A stretch of DNA of 64,000 nt, taken from Paragordius varius. Lineage: Eukaryota; Animalia; Nematomorpha. Where the stretch lies: contig OZ176059.1 in assembly GCA_964247055.1 (NCBI GenBank), positions 62,001 to 126,000 on the forward strand, given 5' to 3'. Position 1 is the stretch's first letter. The number at the start of each line of letters is the position of its first letter. The notes below the pieces were generated by a model that made no database searches, was not told where the DNA came from, and worked only from the letters and a program-made list of their open reading frames with translations. Made by a program: the position numbers and the translations under genes. Positions 40,047 through 52,364 of this stretch are shown in pieces.

Positions 40047-41410
40047 ATGCCTATGAGTCTAAAAACATCAAAAAAATGTCCACGCAGCTCGCTAATATCC
40101 ATTGCTATAGCTTTACTCCTATTTATACAGGCCATTGACCAGGTCAAAAGTAGTGATTCAGGAATTGCCAATAACAATCGAAAGCGTCGTCAGAGCGATG
40201 ATGAGGAAAGCTCCACAGATGAACCGAATGGCGATAATATAGTTCATAGATCGGGCCGTTACAAACCTCGTGTAATAAGCACAACGGACAGACCTGCAAC
40301 AAGACTCGTAACTGCGACGCCTTATAAGCCACCAGCTACACCAAGAGGCGAACCGCGGTACGTGGCTCCATCCCTGCGTTTCTACAGTAATTACGAAGTG
40401 AGACGCGTCCCATTTGTTGGTGCGATCTTCAAGGATTTCTTTGGTGATTCCGATGATATATCTGTTTACGATTGGCTCCCGGGGTATATATATCATTTTC
40501 ATATGTTCAGTATCACTTTTTTCGTGATTTACTCTACATGTTAAATTTATGAATGTGCAGTGGAATTCCATCCTTTTGCGGTCGCCGATGGTGTCCACCA
40601 TTCAAAGTTGTGTGCAAAAATGAATTTTACGAAGTTCGACAATATGTCGATATAACTTTGGCCACCGCATACATTGACGCCGAGAGTTACAAGTTGCGTG
40701 GATTAGATGCTGGATATGAGTTGGTGTATGCATATTTCAAGGGCGATAATAAGGAATGTAATGATGTTAAATAAATTTTTGGTTTTTTTTATTATATTGA
40801 TTGTTTTTAATTAATTTAGATATCAACCTACCATTGACGTTTCCTATTGAATTTTTTGGGCCCTTGTTAGGGTCAGCAAATGAGGAAGATTTTCTTTACG
40901 ATTTTCTGAAAAAGGGCGCGGCGCCCGGTGCCAGCTTACCTATTGGGCCACCATATGACACCTACCCACCGACACCCCTTTCGCCACAAGTAAATTTTAT
41001 TTCAATGTTTTATATATTTAACTTTTCTGTTAAATTTCATTTTGCTTTTAAAATCCTAATTCATTATTTGTTTTAGGTTAAAATTAGCTATGTAAAAGGG
41101 CCTTTGGTGTATGTTAGTGCATTCGGTGGTTCCGTTTTCCCCAGTGTGGCTTTGGCTAAGGCAGAAACTTTTTTCAAAGTTCTTAAATTAAATCACCAAA
41201 AGATTGATGGAAACTTCACTTTCAAAAAATATTATAAGTATCATTTTAAAAAATTGTTTTCTAATTTCTCTATTAAAATACGTTTTCTATATAAATTTTA
41301 GCCAATTTTCTGGATCGAATTACGTGAATGAAATCCACGTTCCTGTCATTGGAGTCGAAAAGTCAAGGCATGGATACTATCATGAAAAATACCATCAAGG
41401 ATATTGTTAA
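40047..41410 (+). CDS. Secreted SOUL/HEBP-family heme-binding protein, 357 aa. Exons 40047-40483, 40561-40757, 40820-40989, 41077-41237, 41302-41410
   Basis: Five exons with 62-87 bp GT-AG introns and matching phases sum to 1074 nt. SOUL motifs FC...CPPFKVV...YEVRQY, YFKGDN, LTFP, VYVSAFGG and YVNEIHV are present. The N-terminal hydrophobic stretch is LISIAIALLLFIQA. Confidence 0.88.
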
Positions 41411-44400
41411 TCAATTTTCATTGTTAAAATAATTATATTGTCCCTTTGAAACCATTATTTTCTTCTTTTTATTTTTTGTATATTGTAATTAATCTTTCTT
41501 TAGGTGTTGTGTGCAATTAATTAGCTTTCTTTAATGTGCTAAAATTATTTATATATATAGTTTAGTTATTATTAGCAAATAAATTTTTGGATTTCATTTA
41601 ATAATAAATGAATATGTATAAACCTTGAAAAAAAATTTGTCTTTATTAGCTAATTTACTAGAAAACATCTAAAAAAATTTTAAACGTGGGCTGGCATTCT
41701 CGCTAAAACGTCTCATGGTTGTTACATGAATATTTAATTTTGTTTGTCAACATTTTGCTTGAGCTCTATTTGCCTTATCCTCGATTTTTTAATCACTCTT
41801 TTGAAGTTCTACGGGCGCATCACAGTATTTGATGCCTATTTAATCTTAACGATAAGCCCAATTGTTTTATTTGACCAATTTTTATAATACTTTTTGCATA
41901 AGCTGAGTTTTTTAATTACATTATATATCTGTTATAAGCATCTGTGCTCACTTAAATCATCAAACTTTAAAAAATTATACGTTTTAGAATTTTATAATTT
42001 AGGAATATAGAATAAATTTTAAATTAATATATCTTGTTATAAAATATATTAGTCTTATTTTTTTTCATTTTTACTGTAATTGTTTAAGTCATACCCCGGT
42101 TGTCACCATCCTTTTTAGCCAAAAAAAAATAGCATATATTTAATTTTACAGTAAAAATTGATATTAAACGGACAAAACGCAACTATTATTAAATAATTGT
42201 GTTCGTAATACACTCTATTTCACACTTTGCGGTATTATTTAATGAGTTATATTCAAAATCAAGATTTAAAGTGTATGGTTTTCTTTTGAAAAAAAATATT
42301 TGTCGATATATTTTTAAATTTGGTCCGTTTCATTCCAATTTTTAGTGTAAATATCGGCATGCCATCATTAATTTCGTTTCGGGTAATTAAAATAAAGATT
42401 CAAAATATAACGTACAAAGCGCAAAAATATAAAAACAAATTTTTTTTCTAAAAGACAACCATATTTTTGAAATCTTGATTTTTTAAATATAAACCATGTT
42501 TATAATTGCAAGCATGAAATAGAGATGTATCCTGGTAACCCAATCAATTTTATATCATACATTGGTAAGTAAATATTATATACACAAATGCAGATGAAAT
42601 TGTTAATCTCACCTAAAACCTCTATCATATTCGGATCGCATTTCACCGTACTCCCAATAACTATGAAAAGTGTCAAAGCTGTCTCCTAATATCCATAAAA
42701 AAGCATAGAAGATTTTGTTTACTAAATTTAAAGGCTTTAAACTAAATTAACACGTGACCGTTCAATCTCAAAAATGAGTTAGAACAAGATTAGTATAATT
42801 CTTAAACACATGTTTCCGAATCGAGCGGGAAAGGTGAAAAATTGATTCCCCTTTATAACACTAGACAACAAATTTTAACTTTTTTTAACTGCCATTCTTG
42901 TAAATCTAAAATTTATTTCATTAAAGTACATAATTAGTATATCTGAAAAGAAAATTGGTCTAGCATTCAAGAATTTTTTTATATTAGAGTTTATCGATAA
43001 TTTTTGGCCCCGATTTAACATTAAACTCGAAATTTCGAAAATTTAAAGTTTTAGATATGAAGCCATGTATTTTATATCATTCAAAAGAGCGCAAAAAACT
43101 GAATCTTGTAAATGGTAGTAAGTCATTTAAATCAATCGGATGTAAAAGTTATTTGGATTTAAATGGTCGAAATTTTCAATCCTTAAATAAGTCAAGAATT
43201 TTCACAGACAAACTAATTTAAAAATCATATAAATTATTTTAATATAATTATTAGGGTTATATTAGTATTTAATTTAAGAAAAATGTTTGAAAAAGCTTTT
43301 GGTTTGCTTTTTAAATAAAAATTATTATTATCATAAATATTTTACCTAGTGGATACTAAAATGCATAGTTATAACTGTAAATTTATTAATAATGGCTATA
43401 AAAGATCAAAAATACCTTACACTTTGTTTTTATCTTTAAAATTTCGAAATTATCAGCCTTGTTCAGAAAATAAATTAATATTGATGAGATGGTAATTTTT
43501 AAAAAACAAAAAACTTAAAAATGGCTGTTTTGAGTGACATAAAAGCAATTAAAAATGTTTTAATCAAAAAAAACTTTCTTGTGTTATCTTTTTTGGACAT
43601 TCATCTCCATCTAAACAAAGTTTGAGCTTTTTTCATCCATTAGTTTTAAAAATATAATAATTAAAAAAAATGCTCTCGCTTCGCGCGTTTGTCGCTCTTT
43701 GTGTCCAATATTAACTATCGATGTAATACATATTAGTATGCATTTTATAGAGTTTTTAATACTCTTTCGAATGATATATAACAAATGGGCATTACTTGTA
43801 TATTTTCAAAGAAAAACATTTTTTTAGTAAAATTTATATAAAGAGGGCGCATAATCAAAAAAATCAAATTATACAAAATTCTTTCATCGAGTTATAATTT
43901 TTATTTCAGATTTACTGTTAGAATGATACTAAATATCAGAAAATGCAAAAATCTCGAGTGGCAGAAAAATTTGTTGTCTAGTGTAATTAAATGTGTTTAT
44001 TTCACAAAAAAACTTAATAATTTCTTTATACTACAATAATACTGATATAATCGAGATGTAAATCCTTTAGCTCTCATAAGGACCACAATGAAGTAGCCAA
44101 GATTCCGGGGTTGGTTGAAGATAAAATAGTATTTAGTACCTAGTTTTATCTTACATAGTAAATAATGTAAAAACTGTTTGAATTAAATAGAAAAGTTTTT
44201 AGCGATTGCTATGCTATTGAAGCACTCTAGCTTTATTCTATCATCTGAATAAAGAAAGGTAATTGCTTAAAAAATAACGTAACAAATAAATATTACAAAT
44301 AATGAGACGAATTTGTATATTATAGAAATTCTTAATTTAGAATCATAAGAAAATAAAACCGACTTGAACAACTTAAGCAACCACGTCGCAAAGCATAACT

Positions 44401-45249
44401 CGATATCATTTTTGAATAGCCATTTAAAACCGGTCAGCTATTCAAAAATTAGTTATAGCACCGCACTTTTATTTAAAAAGAAAAAAGTATAATCTTATGA
44501 AAATTATATCGCGAGTCAAGGGTGTAATTGTTATATGTAGGGTTGGGTATTTGACTGCTTTTTCAAAAAAAGTTCAGTTAGACCAAGTGAGACCATGGTC
44601 ATGATCACGGTCATGACCAAATTTTACCTAAGTAAGTATCATGCGATATTGGATTGTCAAAATAATGTTCGAACGACACTTGCGTTTCACTAATGTCATG
44701 TTTTTTCGTTAAAATTTGTATTATACATTCTTTTGATATTTATTATTCACAAATATTTTCAATCAAATTTTTACAAGAAATCTGTTTCAAATAAATTTAG
44801 CCACATGTTTGTGGCCCTATGAATCTTCAAATACATAGCTTTTAATACTAGATATTTCAAATAAAATTTTACCTAGTTTTGAATTTTCTTTTATCACTGA
44901 AATATCCAATATAAAATGTTTTTTCATTTTATTGGTTCACATATATTAATTGCATATTTTGCAAAGTGCTTGATTGTTTTTCGAAATAACTGGATATGCT
45001 TAAATGCTAATGTTATAAGGATGCATGTTTAACAATTTTATATCGTTAAATAAGCATATTAAAATATTTAATTTTTATTTTTCAAAAATATATAAAAACA
45101 ATAAAATCCTACTATCTCTCTTCCAAAAAAAATGTACCAGCTATTTTTCAAACAACAGATATTTTTTAACCCATGAAAGTATAAATACTCACTGACCATA
45201 GTTATATGGTTTCACATCCTTTTATATTGCATAAATTGGTGATTACAAA

Positions 45250-45560
45250 ATTTTGTGCTAATTTATACATTATTAATTTAATCATTATATCATTCACAGT
45301 GCCACAAACCCCTTGCCTGCGCAACTTTTCCCAAAACGACACTCCTAATCCAATCATATAATAAAAAATAAATATGCAGATTTCTTAGACGATGTACACT
45401 TGAATCACGAATACCATGATGAGAAAATACTTAGAAAAAATAAACTATTAAATGGTTGGCAAGAAACTGTAAAGAGATTTGAATTACGCTCATATAAAAT
45501 ACGAGATGGTAACAAAATCATCCAAAAACGCCGATGAAAGACGAAGGGGATGGAAAATAG
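45250..45560 (+). mobile_element. Isolated gypsy integrase C-terminal fragment homologous to 640-930
   Basis: Shares gatgtac...aatcacgaataccat, atggttggc and tacgagatggtaacaaa...aaaacgccgat with 740-915. Confidence 0.75.
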
Positions 45561-47667
45561 AAAGTACAACTCATTCTGAATAGACAACGCTATCGAAAGA
45601 TTTCTATCAATGAATTGTCCTAAAAAACATAATTAAATTTTAGTATGAAAGGCTAAAACTATTAAGTTTGTATTTATGGAATCAGCAAAACAAAAATCAC
45701 ATTTTTCCATGGACTGGCGTATTTAAATTATAGTAAATATTTAGTTGAATAAAAAACCTCTTATCAAATACGCACTCTTTTTAAAAAGTGTTTGTTGTAG
45801 CCAGATTGTGGAATTTAAATTTAAGCAAAGTAACTCTTTCCTTATTTTTTCGCCATGAAACAAGAAGACCATCCAAATCCACACACAAAAATTTCTTTCT
45901 AAGCCAAGAAGTGCGACTCGTCGTACTTCTTTTAAAATTTCTTTTTGGTCTGATAGTCCTATTTGCGAAACATCAATACTAAATAATGTTATAACCTTGT
46001 TACCTACTATGATATCTAATTAATTCAACTCGACTATTATATCGTTTAATCTCTTTATCCTGATTATTTGAGGTTTATGATAACTGTCATTCCAATGCCT
46101 GCGATAATTTCCAAAAGTTTCGCGGTAACGAGTCGCTTGCAATTTCTGCCTTGAATAACTTTCATCATTCTTAGCATATCGTTAAAACCAATTTTTAAAT
46201 TCATCATTCAAACTAGCAATAAACATTCATCACATTTTCCTAAATATTTTCTTGGCTACCAGACTAAAAAGATATCTAGCTAGGCCTAATCGGTACTCCC
46301 TATTTTTTTTATATTTGACTCAATTCTAAAAAATAAATTACAATAAAACCAGATTTTCTCAATGTATTAAAAAAATAATTCTAAATGAATACGTAATAGA
46401 GGATCAAATTTAATATACATTTAAAAATATATTAATACAATTTTTTACTAGGTAGGTAGTAGACACCTATATTTAATTTAACAATATATTACATATATAA
46501 ATAAGAATTCGCATTTTGAATATAATTTTATAAATGGTGTCATTTAATTCGTGTTAGGAATCACATTTGGTACTTTGGGATCGTATGGAATTTTATCGAA
46601 CTATTTATTGCATTTAGAACAGAAATATTTCTCACTCATTCGTAACGTCTAGATATAATAAAAATATGACATAATTATAGTATAATAATAGTATATTTTT
46701 TAATAGAGGGATAAACATGCAATATATTAATAAATTTGCTTACGGAATTGTCAATTATTTCTTAGTTAAATAAATTTATTTTATAATAGTTTTACAGTCC
46801 ATATTAATTGTATCATAGTGTGAAAAAAAACATTGAAAGTTGTTTGAGATTGGATTATTGGCTGAAAAACTACTTTATACAGTGGGTTGCTTCTTAGGGC
46901 TAAGCATAATACCTAGTTTTTTTAACATAAACAGCGCTTATAATCTAATTAAATCATATAACTGATCATACACTTTTCCGATTTTTATAACGACGCATTT
47001 TTCAATCAAACAAAATAAAAGTTGGGCACAATCGTGCAGATACCAGTCTTAATTACATTAAAAATTAATTATTTATTTTTTAATCATAAACCTTTCAAGT
47101 ATCTGTAAAATATTTTTAATCTTTTTCTATTTTTTAACAAATAATATTAATTAAATTGAATCAAAATATTAATTTTTTTAAAATGGTCATAATGCGGAAA
47201 ATTCTGCCCAATGTCGAGTTCCTATGAGTGAGAAAAAGAGTTATAAATAACAAAAGCCAGAAAATAAATAAATGTTGTAATTTAACGGGTAAATTTGAAT
47301 AAATGACACTTAATTAGTATAAAAATATATGTAAATTATTTAAAAACGTGTCATATAATAATAATAAAAAGTGCGAACGGTTTCGGACACCAAAAAGGAT
47401 ATCCTTCGTAAACGGTAAAAAGAATAAAAATGTATGAGTAACTCATTTATAAAATTTTTACAATGTTTATTGTTGTTTATTTCATTAAGTTAAAATAATA
47501 GGTTAAAATCAGGCACTGAGTGGGATTGAAACCGCGTAAATTCAACAATTTATTATATTTACAACATAAAAACAAGTTGAAAATACTGATGGAAAATTAA
47601 AAAAAACCCGTAGATCGAAACTTTGATTTGAAAACAAAAGAGTCCATATCGAATCAATCATCAAAGA

Positions 47668-47894
47668 CAGGGATGTCCAACACAGGTGGCTTAACAGGCC
47701 GTACGATTCTCAAATATATGGGAAATAAATATTTCATTAAATTTTAAACATAACACTGCAAAAACCACTGTTTATTTTAAAAAAATTTTCTAGAATTTCA
47801 AAACAGTGATTCTACTTAGATTTCGTAAAATTTTGTTTTGAAATTTCTCGTGGGCTGGATAAATTTTTAGAGGGCCGCTTGTTGGACACCCCTA
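47668..47894. mobile_element. hAT (Charlie-like) MITE, 227 bp
   Basis: TIRs cagggatgtccaac / revcomp taggggtgtccaac. 8-bp flanks atcaaaga and ataaaaga (7 of 8 match). Confidence 0.85.
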
Positions 47895-47904
47895 ATAAAA
47901 GATT

Positions 47905-48550
47905 ACCCTAAAACACCCATCTTTGTCTTCTTCTCTGTTATGTTTTCCTGAGAATCTCTAATGATTCGCATGTAAATTTTTGCTTATTATTAAATATCTG
48001 TGTGCGGCTTACATTGTCAAAAGAAGCGCTATGGTTTTTCTTCCAACAATGTTCTGTAATACAATTTTTATAATCTCCCATTTCTTAAGATATGTTTGTG
48101 TTCACTTAGGCGTGTTTTAACTTTCCTTGCGGTTTGGGCTATATAAGATTGACCACACTCGCATGGAACTGTATAGACCGCTGGATAATTAAATTTGGGT
48201 GTATATTATTTGAATCAAAAGCCTTTTATTTTAAATGGTTTAAACCCCACCCCAATGTCATATGCTTTATAATGCGTCAATGAGATGTGTGATATTTTGT
48301 ACGAAGTGAAATAAAATATTTACGATTTTTGGTCCGTTCTTTAGTATTGTTGAATGATGAAAATGCCCGATTGTCTTTCGCTGTAGATCCATCGTTTTAA
48401 AAGGTTTGAACCCATCTGTTATGTTGTTTTTATTGTAGTGCGAAAAATTCCATTATTTTTTAAAGAGTGATGATAAGAATTTTTATGTAATCGCGTATTG
48501 GAAAGAGTAGGTTTTTGATACGTAGGACAACATTGTGTCATTTTGGAACA
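47905..48550 (-). mobile_element. Penelope-like element fragment (RT thumb + GIY-YIG endonuclease)
   Basis: Minus strand encodes YQKPTLSNTRLH and AVYTVPCECGQSYIAQTARKVKTRLSEHK...ITEHCW. Confidence 0.85.
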
Positions 48551-48599
48551 AAAACATCAGTCTCATATTCAATGGTTAAATGTATGTTAGATGGTTAGA

Positions 48600-49350
48600 A
48601 TTTTTAAGAAAAATAAAAACACGGAGAGATCTATGATGAACATATTGTCCACATACCATAGTATAAAATTTAAATTAAAATATAATTGGATATTAATATA
48701 TTTTCCATAAAAAGATCACAGCTAAAATAGGGGAAACTGCTGATCTCATCGGGATAGTAGTCTGTTAAAAATACAAATGAATAAGTTCGAAAATATTATT
48801 ACTAATAGGAAAATCAATCAAAAAGATATGCTTAGGATTCACGTCTAGGGTTACCTCTTTAAGTGGACAATGGTATAGGCTTTCCACATCAAATGAACAA
48901 AACTTAAGAACGTATCAAAAATCATTAGTATCTTATTTCATTCCCGTATTTACAAATTATTACAGATCGCATTGCACGCATTTTAAAGCATTTGATATTG
49001 GGTTAATGGTTAAACCAGGTTAAAAATTAAAAACGATTCAATCTAATAATAATTCCAAATTAAAAAACCCAGAGGTGTATAAAGTTCTATGCGAGTGTGG
49101 TAGGGTTTATATTGGCCAAACCCCAAGGTAAGTTAAAACACGCCTGAATGGACACAAGTATAACTTAAAAAATGGGGATTCTCAAAGTTGTATTGCAGAA
49201 CATTGTTGGCAGGAAAACTAAAAAGTTTCTTTTGGCAATGTTAGTTGCATACGATTTTTAATAAAAACTTGCACGAGAATCATTAAATATTTTCAAGGGT
49301 AAAAGAGAAGAAAGACAAAAGATGATTGATATACGGAAAGTCATCTTTGA
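48600..49350 (+). mobile_element. Penelope-like element fragment (RT remnants + GIY-YIG), inverted relative to the previous one
   Basis: Plus strand encodes VYKVLCECGRVYIGQTPR*VKTRLNGHKYNLKNGDSQSCIAEHCWQEN at ~49075-49220. Confidence 0.85.
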
Positions 49351-49711
49351 TGATTGATTCCATCTCTTTTGTAACTCAAAGTTGTGGATCCGCCGATTTT
49401 TTTTAAGAAATTTCAATTAGTATTATTAACTTATATTTATGGTGTAATATACTAACGACAGGCATCTTTTCTACTGGGTGAAACCCTTTACACATTTTGT
49501 TTATTATTTATGACAAGTTTTTTATAAATTTGCATATATTTTCAACACTACATAATTGATTAAATAATATCACTTTACGGCTTGACAGATATTTCCAGAA
49601 CTACATAAATACAAGTGAGCCCTCAACTTTGAACATTTGTAAATATAATAACTTAGGCAAAGTTAGAAAAGTTATGGTGATCATTAGTAAATTAATTATA
49701 AAAAACATATG

Positions 49712-49974
49712 TTATATATATATATATATATAAGCACTTTGAGAAGCATTGCTTAGCGGTACATTGATCACAAGTGGTTTAGAATTGGCTAAAATTTTAA
49801 CATTAATTTTTGCACCATGTTTCCCCAAATATGGACTAAATAACTGCGGTGATGGGGGGATGTAATTCAGACCTGGAGGTGCCGGTAAAATTTCTCCTCG
49901 TCTAAGAACACCAGGAGGTGGAGCAGCCGAGAACAATAAGGGATTGTTGAACGTTTGATTTATAATGCAAAAAC
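49712..49974 (-). CDS. Proline-rich exon, candidate alternative last exon of the C-type lectin gene
   Basis: Branch point and acceptor gctaaccacag|GT. Phase 1 completes the same final Cys (T+GT). The frame reads FCIINQTFNNPLLFSAAPPPGVLRRGEILPAPPGLNYIPPSPQLFSPYLG... and ends in a (TA)n tract. Confidence 0.5.
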
Positions 49975-52364
49975 CTGTGGTTAGCATATATTTTGGCCAT
50001 TAGTATATATTTCATAAAATTAATTACTTCCTAGTTATTAATTCACATTTGCGTCAAATTGTGAATTAAGACAGTGCACGAAATCGGGGGCGTATCAAAA
50101 ATATCCCGATGAAACATATATTTTCTTAATAGATATATCAAGATTCACATAATATTTTAGTTTTGGCCTTATGAAAGAAAATCAATACCCTAAAACAAAT
50201 TGTGTATTTTTTAAGATTGAAAATAACTATATTTTTTATTTTTAAAAATGAAATTTTTGTTTAAATTACTCAAAATATAATAAACTATTTAATAAAAATA
50301 TATACCAATGATGATTTTATCCCGAAACACAAATTGTTTAGGGGTGAATTTAAATTTTTTGAGGGTGAATTGAATTGTTTAATCCGAATCATAAATGAAT
50401 CAAAAAAATGAAAAAATGCACACTTTATAAATAAAATGTTCACTTCAATGACGCGTATTTGATAAAGAATATGGTAAGAACAGTTGTGAACGCTTTTGGG
50501 TAATTACATAAATATTTACTGATATAATATATATATATAAGAAAATGTACAGGATTATGGCGCCTTTGGTTTAGGTTTTACGAAAGCTTTAAAAAATGCA
50601 TTTACACTTTTGTGTTCGGTGCTTCATACAAAAAAATGGCAAATTTTGCGCACATTTTATTAACATGGATACAACATCATTGCTGTCATTTGATTTAAAT
50701 AAGTTCCTAATCAAATATTTTAAAAATATGGTATAAAAGGAAGCCATTGCAAAAGTTTGCACTTATATAATATTGGTGCACCGAAATATAAAAAAACTTA
50801 TTATTATTTAATTAATGGATAAACTTTAAGGTGAACATTTGGGCACCAGGACATGTGTGCGCTTGCTAAAAATAATGCAAAATAGACTTTTCCTGTTTTT
50901 ATTAGATAACTTACATAAAAAATAATAAGATTAATTTTAGTGGTAGAGCACGATATAAATTCATAAAATAAAAATGGGTTAGTAATACTAATATTTTTTA
51001 AGATATTTTGGCTTATTTATAAAAATTTCTAAAATGGTGGGCGTTACTTTCAATAATTTTTTGAAAATATCAATTAAAATATGGTCTGTGGTTACACTAG
51101 TTACCTAATTTGAATCGAAATGATAAATAAATTTTTTTGGTGAAAGCTAAACGCTTTATTCCAAAAACTCTATCTATAAGCAAAAATAAAATGCAAAGTA
51201 ATCTTTATATTAAATTTTAATATTGATGTGGGTTTGGATAGTCCCTCCCAAATTTTTACCACCCTTATGGGCTAATTTTCTTAAAATAAACCCAAAAATG
51301 CCGAAATTGCGCAATATAAATTTTATATTTATGCTAAATTTTGATATTGTTAATATAGTTTAACTTGATTTATTATTATAATCAATTAATTGACATTTTA
51401 AATCGAAGATCTTCAAATTAGTTAATTGTCCAAAAACATATAATGAAAGAAAACAGTTAGTATAAATTTAACTTATTCTAATATAATAAATTTTAAAACA
51501 ATTATATTAATATCAAATAAAAATATTTAAAAAAATACATACAGTTTTTAAAAATTTAATTTTCGCAAAATTTTGATGAAGCGTACATCATATTGAGGCA
51601 TGATGGAAGCTGTTTAAAAACGCTTGAAGATATTAAAAACATTTATATAGTTCGATGATGCTGAAAATTTCTATCATCTCAGAAATTTTGATTTTAAAGA
51701 TTGTTGCATTGATATCTGGGTTGATTTTTGGAAAAAGACAATTATATAATATAAATTGGAAGACGAGCGATTTTTTTTCAACATTTTGAGATGATAGAAT
51801 TCATTGCTTTAAATAGAAAGGGTTTATAATATAGCGTTTTTACACCGAACAAGCCGATGAAGTACGCTTACAAAAAATTGTTATAAACTAAATTTTTAGG
51901 TAAAATTCCCATTTTCGGAAAAAACCTTTTTATGTCATAATTTACCAAATTCAATTTTTCGCGCAATCTCGTACGTTTTTAACACTTCGATTCAAATTGG
52001 AATATCTAAATAGCTTAATTTAAGATAAAAAACTACTGAAACAAACGATCCCAATTAATTTATACATATATCCTAATAAATATTATATTAATAATTCCAT
52101 ATAAAACTAATTAGACGCCATTGTTACTCTACAACATTTTTGCAAAATATCGTGTATTCAATTTTATCAAATCAAAGAAGTGGTTTATTTTGTATTATTT
52201 TGAAAAGCTAATTAATAAAATCAAGTATTTTTGAATTAATTTTTCGCATTCGATTCATTAATGTAAAGTTTTGACATAGTTTTAATTCCTAAGTATTTAA
52301 TTTTAAACACGCCTCGGGTATCCATTGATACGAATAGAATGACTGAAATAAATGTGTTTTATTG

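Noticed and set aside
40158-40601. 147-aa minus-strand ORF (and 40144-40332) overlapping the SOUL gene
   Set aside because: It is an antisense shadow of a GC-richer coding exon and has no motifs.
47510-47545. tRNA B-box-like motif on the minus strand
   Set aside because: It is too short, with no cloverleaf or A-box.
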